Source: Candidatus Marinacidobacterium sp. (GTDB taxonomy: Bacteria > Acidobacteriota > Vicinamibacteria > Marinacidobacterales > Marinacidobacteraceae). Taken from it: a DNA stretch of 64,000 nucleotides. The DNA lies in assembly GCA_965220965.1 (NCBI GenBank), contig OZ244852.1, forward strand, positions 928,001 to 992,000, in the 5' to 3' direction. Position 1 is the first letter of the stretch, and each line of letters begins with the position of its first letter. This document shows positions 18,757 through 26,749 of the stretch, piece by piece. The notes beneath the pieces are model-generated. The model searched no databases and was not told the DNA's origin. It was given only the letters and a program-made list of their open reading frames with translations. The position numbers and the translations under genes are program-made.

Positions 18757-19497
18757 ATGAGCGAGCTTCCGCTGCACCCGGGCGCGGGCGCGCCTCCGGC
18801 GGGGCCGGGTCAGGAGCTGCGCGCCCGACGGGACCGGCTGGTGGCCCGGATCGGGCAGGCCCGGTTCGACGCCGGCGCTCTCGCGCTTCGGGTCGAGGCC
18901 GCCTGCGCCACGATGGAACTCACCGGGGCGTCCCCGCCCGAGGACGAGGTCGCCCGGGCGCGAAGCGGGGACATTCGGGGCGCGCCGTCGCTCGCCGCCC
19001 CCCTCGGGGCGATCGCGCGGATGTCGCAGGCGGCGCCCGGACGGGACCCGGATGCCCGGCTGCTCGGCGAGATCCACCAGATCGCCACCGGGTCAGCCGA
19101 GGAGTCGGGTTTCCGCTCCACCCAGATCGACGCGCAGTTCGACGGCGCCAGCCTGTCGCCGCCGCAGACGATCCCCATCCGGCTGGGCGACCTCCTCGGC
19201 TGGATCGGGGGGCAGAGCGGCCGGGATCTGGAAACGGCGCCGCGCGCAGCGCTGTTCTTCGCCCGGTTTCTGGAAATCTCGCCGTTTGCGCGAGCCAACT
19301 TCCGGGTGGCGCACCTGATGCTCACGTTCTTCGCCCTTGCCGACGGACAGCCGCCGATCTGGTTCGAGGTCGGGGACGCCACCGGGATCCGGTCGGATGT
19401 CTCGCGGGCGTTCCGGTTCGACACCGCGCCGCTGACCGCCCGGATCGAGGCGGCCCTCGCGCGGTCGCTGGATCGGGTGGCCAGCGCGGACGAGTAG
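18757..19497 (+). CDS. Fic/Fido-domain protein with degenerate active-site motif
   Basis: LLGEIHQIA, GFRSTQ, FLEISPFARANFRVAHL (Fic motif without the catalytic His). Confidence 0.7.
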   Translation: MSELPLHPGAGAPPAGPGQELRARRDRLVARIGQARFDAGALALRVEAACATMELTGASPPEDEVARARSGDIRGAPSLAAPLGAIARMSQAAPGRDPDARLLGEIHQIATGSAEESGFRSTQIDAQFDGASLSPPQTIPIRLGDLLGWIGGQSGRDLETAPRAALFFARFLEISPFARANFRVAHLMLTFFALADGQPPIWFEVGDATGIRSDVSRAFRFDTAPLTARIEAALARSLDRVASADE

Positions 19498-19560
19498 GGC
19501 CGAAAGCCCTACAATCCGGGCGGAACGCGCGTCACGCGCCGCGTCCACCCGGAACTCCCC

Positions 19561-19806
19561 ATGCTCCCGCTCCTCCTGCTCCAGCAGTCGAAGGCCGTCG
19601 AGTTCTTCACCCTTCCCGATCCCGAGCCGCCGCGCGGAATCCTCTGGCTCATCATGGAGTCGTTCGCGTTCGTGGGCGCGGCGCTTCTCTCGACCGTCGT
19701 GCTCGGCATCGGATTCGGTCTGTTCCGGCTCTGGCTGCTGAAGCGCTATCCGGACAACAGCTTCAACGGGCGGGGCAGGGATCCGGTGAGGATCGATCTG
19801 AGCTGA
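19561..19806 (+). CDS. Small hypothetical membrane protein
   Basis: Long hydrophobic segment ILWLIMESFAFVGAALLSTVVLGIGFGLF; TACAAT hexamer upstream. Confidence 0.6.
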   Translation: MLPLLLLQQSKAVEFFTLPDPEPPRGILWLIMESFAFVGAALLSTVVLGIGFGLFRLWLLKRYPDNSFNGRGRDPVRIDLS

Positions 19807-20222
19807 AGGCGACGCCCGTCCTCGTTTACGACGGGGGCTGCGGGATCTGCACCCGCCTGGTGCGCGCCGCCGCTCGTTTCGCCGGCGACCGCGAGGTCCG
19901 CTATCTGGCCTACCAAACGCTGCCCGACGAGGACTTCGCGCGGCTGGGCGTGACCCGCGCCGAGTGCGAGGCCCGGCTGCGCTTCCGCAACCGGCGCGGC
20001 CGCTGGTTCGGGGGCGCCTTCGCGGTGAACCGGTTCCTGTGGTTCGCCGCCCCGCCAGGCCTCCGGGGAGCGCCGGCGAGGACGCTGGTTCTAGCCTTCT
20101 ATCTGCTGCCGCCGCTCCTGCTGCTCGAGGTGATCGGTTACGCGCTGGTGGCGCGGAACCGCGGGTGCGACGCCTCCGGGAGCGCGGTTTCCGGCCAGTC
20201 AGCCGGACCGACATCCTGTTAG
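19803..20222 (+). CDS. DCC1-like thiol-disulfide oxidoreductase family protein (DUF393)
   Basis: LVYDGGCGIC motif, GAFAV, YALVARNR; only plausible start is CTG overlapping the upstream TGA. Confidence 0.8.
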   Translation: MKATPVLVYDGGCGICTRLVRAAARFAGDREVRYLAYQTLPDEDFARLGVTRAECEARLRFRNRRGRWFGGAFAVNRFLWFAAPPGLRGAPARTLVLAFYLLPPLLLLEVIGYALVARNRGCDASGSAVSGQSAGPTSC

Positions 20223-20251
20223 TCTGCGCACCCTCGCCAGGAGGCTCCGCC

Positions 20252-21121
20252 ATGCTTCGATCCGCTCTGTTCCTCGCCGCCCTGCTGCTCGCCGCCGCGT
20301 GCGCGGCGCCTCCCGCCGAGGAACCCGCCGGGCCGATGCCGGTCGCCGTTGCGGATCAGCCGGCGGGCGAGTACGTCCGCTTCGCGGATGCGGCGGGGAC
20401 CGCGGCCTGGGGCCGGATCGAAGGGGACGGAATCGCGGAGCTCCACGCTGCGCCCTGGAGCGGCGGCGCCCCGACCGGGCGGGTCGTCCCGAGGGACTCG
20501 GCGACGCTCCTCGCCCCGGCGACCCCCGGGAAGGTCATCGCGATCGGCCTGAACTACGCCTCGCACCTCGGGGGGCGTGAGCCGGCGGCCTATCCGGGCG
20601 TCTTCGCCAAGCTGCCGACAAGCATCGTCGGGCCAGGCGACGCGATCGAGATGACCGAGGACGCCGGGAATGTCCATTACGAGGGCGAACTCGTCATCGT
20701 CATCGGAACGGAGGCCCGCGACGTTCCGGTGGAGAGCGCCCAGGACGCCATCTTCGGGGTGACCGCCGGCAACGACGTGAGCGAGCGCGACTGGCAGGGC
20801 GCGGATCTTCAGTGGTTCCGGGCCAAGGCCTCGGACACCTATGGACCCATCGGCCCGGTGATCTCCCGGGGCGTGAACTACGACGACCTGCTGCTGACGA
20901 CCCGGCTGAACGGGGAAGTCGTCCAGGAGCAGCGGACCAGTGACCTCATCTTCGACACGAGCACGATCGTGAGCTACGTGAGCCGCTACGTCACGCTCAT
21001 GCCGGGTGACGTGATCTTCACCGGAACGCCGGGGACCACCCAGGCCATGAACGAGGGAGACATGGTCTCCGTCGAGGTCGAGACGGTCGGTCTGCTCGAG
21101 AACCCCGTCGCCCGCCGCTGA
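20252..21121 (+). CDS. Fumarylacetoacetate hydrolase family protein with lipoprotein signal
   Basis: KVIAIGLNY, HYEGELVIVIG, NDVSERDWQ, AKASDT, GDVIFTGTP; LLAAAC lipobox; AGGAGG SD. Confidence 0.9.
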   Translation: MLRSALFLAALLLAAACAAPPAEEPAGPMPVAVADQPAGEYVRFADAAGTAAWGRIEGDGIAELHAAPWSGGAPTGRVVPRDSATLLAPATPGKVIAIGLNYASHLGGREPAAYPGVFAKLPTSIVGPGDAIEMTEDAGNVHYEGELVIVIGTEARDVPVESAQDAIFGVTAGNDVSERDWQGADLQWFRAKASDTYGPIGPVISRGVNYDDLLLTTRLNGEVVQEQRTSDLIFDTSTIVSYVSRYVTLMPGDVIFTGTPGTTQAMNEGDMVSVEVETVGLLENPVARR

Positions 21122-21141
21122 GGCGACCCGGGCGACCGCGT

Positions 21142-21245
21142 TTGTGGGTCACTCTCGCCGAAGAGTGATCCACAAACGGATTTGTGGTTCATTCGTTAAC
21201 CACAAATGGATTTGCGTCTCACTTTTCGCCGAGAGTGAGACGCAG
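21142..21245 (+). repeat. Triple-hairpin direct repeat, copy 1
   Basis: Three tandem hairpins joined by CGGA/TGGA; near-identical to 22464-22568. Confidence 0.9.
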
Positions 21246-21297
21246 GAGGTAGGATCGGTCGTCCCGTGGCGCTCGTGGTGGCGCGCCGGTGGTCCCC

Positions 21298-22431
21298 ATG
21301 AGCCCTCCCCGCTACTCCCCGGAGCGGTTTCCTCCGTCCTCTCCTGATTGGGCCGGCCTTCTGCCGTGGCTCGGCCGCGCCCACCGGGCCATCGCACAGT
21401 ATGAGGGCGTCCTCGCTGGCGTTCCGAACCCGCAGATCCTCCTCTCGCCGCTCGCCGGCCAGGAGGCGGTCGTGTCGAGCCGGATCGAGGGGACCCGTTC
21501 ATCGCTGAGGGAGGTCCTGGCTCTGGACTCCACGGGGAGTGGTGATATCGGCCCGGATCGGGCGCCGCCGGATGTCCAGGAAGTCCTGAACTACCGGCTC
21601 GCGCTCCTGACCGCGGAGGGCATGCTCGAGAAACTGCCGCTCTCCCAGCGCGTGATCCGGCGCGCTCACGCCGTCCTGATGAAGGGGGTGCGGGGTGACA
21701 CGGCCGCGCCGGGGGAGTACCGGAGGATCCAGAACTGGATCGGAGCGCCCAACTCCACGGAGGCGACGGCGACTTTCGTGCCCTGTCCCCCCCAGCACAT
21801 TCCGGAGGCCATGGACGCCTGGGAGCGCTATCTCCACTCGGATACACCGGACGAGCTCTTCCAGTTGGCGGTCCTCCATGTCTGGTTCGAAGCCATCCAC
21901 CCGTTCCTGGACGGAAACGGCCGACTCGGACGCCTCATGATGCCGCTGTTCCTGGTCGCGAGGGGGATGCTGGTCCGGCCGAACCTCTACCTCAGCGAGT
22001 ATCTGGAGCGTTATCGGAGCGAGTACTACCGGCGCCTGCTGTTGGCGCAGAGCGGCGGCGACTGGCGCCCCTGGATGCGCTACTTCCTGACAGGGATCGA
22101 GCAGCAGGCCAACGCCAATGCGGAGAAGGCCCGCAACATCATGGAACTCCATGAGGAGGGTAAGACACGGGTCTCGCGGCTCCTGCGCTCGCAGTACGCG
22201 TCCGCGGCGCTGGACATGCTCTTCCGCAGCCCGGTGTTCCGCAGTTCGGACTTCCGCAGACACTCGGGAGCGCCTCGGCCGACGGCGATGCGGTTCCTGC
22301 GCGTGCTGCGGCGGGAGGGGATGCTCGAGGAACTCGTTGCCCCACGAGGCAACCGACCGGCCCTCCTGTGGTTCCCGGAGCTGATCGAGATCGCGCAACG
22401 CCCCTCGGACTTCGGACCGGTTCCTCCCTGA
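21298..22431 (+). CDS. Fic family protein (class II, DUF4172-type N-terminus, C-terminal HTH-like)
   Basis: Canonical HPFLDGNGRLGR; inhibitory SSRIEG motif; PGEYRRIQNWIG. Confidence 0.93.
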   Translation: MSPPRYSPERFPPSSPDWAGLLPWLGRAHRAIAQYEGVLAGVPNPQILLSPLAGQEAVVSSRIEGTRSSLREVLALDSTGSGDIGPDRAPPDVQEVLNYRLALLTAEGMLEKLPLSQRVIRRAHAVLMKGVRGDTAAPGEYRRIQNWIGAPNSTEATATFVPCPPQHIPEAMDAWERYLHSDTPDELFQLAVLHVWFEAIHPFLDGNGRLGRLMMPLFLVARGMLVRPNLYLSEYLERYRSEYYRRLLLAQSGGDWRPWMRYFLTGIEQQANANAEKARNIMELHEEGKTRVSRLLRSQYASAALDMLFRSPVFRSSDFRRHSGAPRPTAMRFLRVLRREGMLEELVAPRGNRPALLWFPELIEIAQRPSDFGPVPP

Positions 22432-22463
22432 TGGGTCACCCCTGGCGCGTCGGATCCAGGCCC

Positions 22464-22568
22464 TTGTGGATCACTCTCGGGCAGCAAGTGATCCACAAAC
22501 GGATTTGTGGTTCATTCATTGACCGCAAATGGATTTGCGTCTCACTTTTCGCCGAGAGTGAGACGCAG
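22464..22568 (+). repeat. Triple-hairpin direct repeat, copy 2
   Basis: Same orientation as copy 1; last 43 nt identical. Confidence 0.9.
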
Positions 22569-22606
22569 AAGGGAAGCAGGCGGGCCGGCCGGGTCCCGGA
22601 GTAGCC

Positions 22607-23044
22607 GTGCGTCTCTGGTCGCTTCATCCCCGGGCCCTTGACCGGCAGGGCCTCATCGCGCTGTGGCGCGAGGGCCTGCTGGCGCGGAAGGTGTTGGCCG
22701 GAGAGACGCGCGGCTACCGGCATCACCCGCAACTCGAGCGCTTCCGGGCTCACTCCGAGCCGCAGGTGGCGATCGCCGCCTATCTGCACGCGGTCGCTGA
22801 CGAGGCCGACCGCAGGGGTTACCGCTTCGACCGGTCCCGGATTGGCGCTGCGGCCCGCGAGACGACGCCTATTCCGGTGAGCGACGGACAGCTCGCCTTC
22901 GAGGCCGGACACCTGGCCGCGAAGCTCGAGCGCCGGTCGCCGGAGGTCCTCGCGCAAGGGGATCCGCGAAAGAGCCCGGCGCCCCATCCGCTCTTCCGGG
23001 TCGTTCCCGGGCCGATCGCCTCCTGGGAGCGGCCGGACGGCTGA
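22607..23044 (+). CDS. Pyrimidine dimer DNA glycosylase / endonuclease V (T4 DenV-like) family protein
   Basis: MRLWSLHP, LIALWREGLLA, GYRHHPQLERF, EADRRGYRFD. Confidence 0.85.
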   Translation: MRLWSLHPRALDRQGLIALWREGLLARKVLAGETRGYRHHPQLERFRAHSEPQVAIAAYLHAVADEADRRGYRFDRSRIGAAARETTPIPVSDGQLAFEAGHLAAKLERRSPEVLAQGDPRKSPAPHPLFRVVPGPIASWERPDG

Positions 23045-23059
23045 AACGACGGCCCGGCG

Positions 23060-23449
23060 CTACGCGTCGCCGCCGACCACCGCCTCCGCCTCGATCTCCA
23101 CGAGGTACTCCTCCCCGACGAGGTGGGCGAAGACCAGCGTGCAGGCGGGACGGGCGCTGGCGAACACTTCGCCGTGGACTCCGGCCACCGCCTCCCAGTC
23201 GGCCCCCGGCTTCACGTAGATGCGGGTGCGGACGACATCCTCCATGGAGCCGCCCAGCGCGGTGACCGCCGTGCGGACCTTGTCGAGGGCGTAGCGGGCC
23301 TGCGCTTCGGGATCGCCGAGGTGGACCGGACCGTCCGGGCCGGTCGCGGTCGTGCCGGAGACGAGGATCCGGTTCCCGACGCGCACCGCGCGGGAATACC
23401 CGAATTCGTCCTCCCACGGGACGCCGCTGGTGACGCGTCGGATCGTCAT
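23060..23449 (-). CDS. Rid/YjgF family protein (no catalytic Arg)
   Basis: PWEDEFGYSRAVRVG, VSGTTA, DVVRTRIYV, RPACT, LVEIEAEA. Confidence 0.9.
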   Translation of the reverse strand: MTIRRVTSGVPWEDEFGYSRAVRVGNRILVSGTTATGPDGPVHLGDPEAQARYALDKVRTAVTALGGSMEDVVRTRIYVKPGADWEAVAGVHGEVFASARPACTLVFAHLVGEEYLVEIEAEAVVGGDA

Positions 23450-23453
23450 GGGT

Positions 23454-24889
23454 TCAGTTTCCTTCCTGTTGTGCGGGTGGGCGGGCATCCGCTTCGACCC
23501 GCACCCGGCCGAACTCCCCGTCGAGCTCCGGTTCGACCCGCAGCGATGGAGACACCGCGGGCAGCCGCGCGGCGCAGGCCCGGAGGACGGCCTTCTCATC
23601 CTCGGGGTCGCGGATCGCCACCCGGAGGGTCGTGAGGTCCGTAAGCGAACCGCCCAGCGAGAGGAGAGCGCCCTCGATGCGGTCGAGGTGGAAGTGGGTC
23701 TCGGCCGCCGCGTCGTCGCCGCCGATGCGGCGGCCGCGGTGGAGGGGGGCCTGGGCGGAAAGCCGGATGCGGTCCGCCTCCCGGACCGCGAGCGGAGTTC
23801 CCCCGGAGGAGAGCACGGCCTCCTCCTCCGTCCGGTAAGGGGCGGGGAAGGAGGAGATGTGGTGGCTCAGGTCGCCGGAAGCCGTCAGGTAGGGAGCGCG
23901 GCGATACTCGTCCCCGCAGTCCCCGGGGATCGGATCCAGCTCGCGGGCGGCCGCGTCGAGCTCGCGGAGCGCATCCCGGTCGAGCGTCAGGTCCATCACG
24001 CGCCGGTTGTCTTCGAGGTGGTCGGACGCCCCGGGGCGGGCGCCCACGATGATTCCGGCCACCGCTGGCTGATCCAGCACGAAGCGGGCGGCCACGTTCG
24101 CGAGCGAGGCGCCCGAGCGGCGGCCCACGCGGTCCGCCGTCTCGAGGAGCGCCTGGAAGCGCTCCCACCCGCCCGCGGTCCGGAGGAAGCGTAGGTACTT
24201 CTGCTGCGACCAGGTCAGCGAGTCGTCGCCGACCGCTGGCTCCGGGGCGCCAACCCAGCGTTCGCTCAGCAGGCCCCCGGCGAGCGTCCCGTAGGCGAGC
24301 AGGCGCACGTCGTGAGCGCGGCAGACCGCGGTGAGCGCGCCGGCGGCGCGGCGGTCGAAGAGCGAATAGGAAACCTGGTTCGAAACGACGGGAAAGCCGC
24401 TCCGGAGCGCGAGGTCGAGGTGGGGAGCGTCGAAGTTCGTGACGCCGAGCTGACCGATCAGCCCCTCCTCCCGCAGCTCCGCAAGATGCTCCATGCAGTC
24501 GAGCCACGCCGGGTCGGCGTAGCGCCAGGCGTGGAACTGGAGCATGTCGAGACGGTCCACGCCGATCCGGTCGAGCGACCGCCGGACCGCCGCGCGGACC
24601 GCGTCGCGCGAGCCCACGCCAGGCTCGGCGACCCACTTCGTGAGGACCCGGACCTCGGGACGGCGTCGCCGGATCGTCCCGGCGATGATCTCGGCGGTCC
24701 CGTAGTGGTCGGCGACATCGAACGTCGTGAAGCCAGCCTCCACCATCGGCTCGAGCGCATCGGCCGCCCGCTCCGGATCCAGGCGAGCGCCGTCCCTTTC
24801 CTGATCGGCGACCTGCAGAGCCCGGTGAGAACGCGGGCGACCGGCAGCTCCGGCGCGAGGCGCGTCGAAGGGACCGGGACCGGACTCAC
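23454..24889 (-). pseudogene. Aldo/keto reductase with C-terminal Rid-like domain, frameshifted near 24816
   Basis: GFTTFDVADHYG, LTKW, DMLQFHAW, GVTNF, NQV; N-terminal LTGL(W)QVAD is broken by one missing base; may be a sequencing error. Confidence 0.75.
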
Positions 24890-26388
24890 CCGGGCGGCAG
24901 GGTGGCGAACAGACGGCGGGTGTCGACTTCCTGGCGCAGCCGGCGGAACTTGACGAAGAAGATCAGCGAGGCGACCCCCATCACCAGGAGCCAGATCCAG
25001 GTGGAGTGGAAGTACCAGGCGGGGACATCGGAGTTCAGGTCCCGGGCGGTATGGAGGATCAGGAAGAGGCCGAGGAAGGCGGCGCCCACCGCGCCGGTGA
25101 GCCGCCGGAGCCCGGGAGAGAGAAGCGTCATCGCTCCGGCGAGCTCGGGATTGCGCCGCGGCAGCCACAGGACCGAAAGGCACATCAGGCCGAAGTTCAC
25201 CAGCATCGAGGTCACCAGGATGTCGATGCCGAGGAAGAAGTCGCCCGCGAGATGGCTCCCCAGGATCCCGACGGTGGCCATGAGGCCGCTCGCCACGATG
25301 GCGACGGACGGCGTCCGGAAGCGGGGATGGACCGACGCCGCCCGCCGGGGGAAGACGCCGTCCTCGGCCCAGGCGAACATGAGCCGCGAGACCGCGAGCA
25401 GCATCGCCGGGAGATCGTTGATCAGCGCGACCGCCGCGCCCCCGAGAATGGCCGCGGTGGCCGCCGCCGGGAGCAGGTATCCGAGAAGGCCCGGCGCCGT
25501 CAGGTCCCGCACCTGCGCCTCGGCCTCCACGAATTGCCACGGGACCGCGTGGAACACCGCCGCGGTGAAGAGCAGATAGAAGCCGCCGACCGCCCCGACC
25601 GCGATGCCGATGGCGAGCGGGAGGTTCCGCCGGGGGTTTTTCGCCTCGCCCCCCGCCTGGGCGATGGAATCGAAGCCGATGAAGGTGGCGAACAGCAGGA
25701 CGGAGGCGGCGAGCAGCGGGACGAGCCGGAGCGGCGCGTCGGGCGCCGGGGGAACCGGGCGGCCTTCGGCGCTCAGCAGCGCGGCGGCGAAGTCGCCGTG
25801 ATCGAACGAGAAACCGGCCACGATGACGACGCCGCCCAGCACGAACATGAGCGCCATCATCGGCAACAGCGTGCGCTCGTAGAGCTTGAGCCCGCGGACA
25901 TTCACTCCGACGAACGTCCAGAGGAAGGCGAGCGCGATCCCCACCCGGGCCGGACCGGTCTCGAGGAGTTCCGCGAGGCCGGCGGCGCCCAGCGTCGAGG
26001 CGATGTCGCGGAGGAAGGGAACGATCAGATAGGAGACGACGCCGATCGCGATGGAGAGCCCGAACCACTGCGAGAAACTCGCGGCGAAACCCCAGTAGGG
26101 GCTCAGCGAGCGGCTGGCGTAGACGTAGCTGCCCCCGGCGCGCGGCATCGCCGAACCCAGGGTGGCGTAGGCCAGCGCGGCGAGAATTGCCGGGACCGCC
26201 GCCAGCAAGTACGCGCCCAGCACGTGCGGACCGATTCCGGGCACGCTGCGCGCCAGCGTGAACGGCATCACGTTGATCGCGGCGCCGAGCATCGAGCAGA
26301 TGCCGGTCGCCGCGAGGCCGGCGAGCCCCAGTCTGCGGGTCAGGCCCGAGGTTCGCTCAGCCTCGTTCTGCGAGGGGGGAGTCGTCAT
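24886..26388 (-). CDS. APC family amino acid permease
   Basis: SMLGAAI, AMPRAGGSYVY, FIGFDSIAQAGGEAKNPRRNLP, SRLMFAWAEDG; about 12 TM helices. Confidence 0.92.
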   Translation of the reverse strand: MTTPPSQNEAERTSGLTRRLGLAGLAATGICSMLGAAINVMPFTLARSVPGIGPHVLGAYLLAAVPAILAALAYATLGSAMPRAGGSYVYASRSLSPYWGFAASFSQWFGLSIAIGVVSYLIVPFLRDIASTLGAAGLAELLETGPARVGIALAFLWTFVGVNVRGLKLYERTLLPMMALMFVLGGVVIVAGFSFDHGDFAAALLSAEGRPVPPAPDAPLRLVPLLAASVLLFATFIGFDSIAQAGGEAKNPRRNLPLAIGIAVGAVGGFYLLFTAAVFHAVPWQFVEAEAQVRDLTAPGLLGYLLPAAATAAILGGAAVALINDLPAMLLAVSRLMFAWAEDGVFPRRAASVHPRFRTPSVAIVASGLMATVGILGSHLAGDFFLGIDILVTSMLVNFGLMCLSVLWLPRRNPELAGAMTLLSPGLRRLTGAVGAAFLGLFLILHTARDLNSDVPAWYFHSTWIWLLVMGVASLIFFVKFRRLRQEVDTRRLFATLPPG

Positions 26389-26433
26389 CGGGGCTCGGGA
26401 AAGGGGTCCAGTGCGGACCTCCGGTTCTCCAGT

Positions 26434-26742
26434 TCAGCTCCCGGCGGCCCGGGCGAGCCGCCGCCCGAGGTGTTCCTCGACGGCCGAGCAGGGGACGAAC
26501 AGCGGTTTCGCCTCGAGTTCGATCCGGACCGAACAGCCGCCGTCGGCGGTCTCCACGACCTCATAGCTGCCAGCGAAGTCCCCGAGGGGCGTGGGCAGCG
26601 AGAACTCCCCGAAACCGGGCGCGCCCCCGTCGCTATGGGCCCCGCTGATCGTTCCCCCGAACCGCGCGAAGTCGTCCTGAAGGGCGGGGAGCAACCGGTC
26701 GGGACCGACCGGAAGCTGGAAGTCGAACTCGCAGGCGGCCAT
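26434..26742 (-). CDS. Hypothetical protein
   Basis: Compact ORF in operon; globular composition with terminal Cys pair (ACEF...KPLFVPC). Confidence 0.65.
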   Translation of the reverse strand: MAACEFDFQLPVGPDRLLPALQDDFARFGGTISGAHSDGGAPGFGEFSLPTPLGDFAGSYEVVETADGGCSVRIELEAKPLFVPCSAVEEHLGRRLARAAGS

Positions 26743-26749
26743 GCAGGCT

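Noticed and set aside
21144-21384. Short ORFs across the repeat (HKRICGSF... peptides), also 22368-22604
   Set aside because: Translations of the palindromic repeat on both strands; no start context
21142-22568. CRISPR array or integron attC sites
   Set aside because: Only two copies separated by a whole gene; no spacers, cas or intI; no conserved RYYYAAC/GTTRRRY cores
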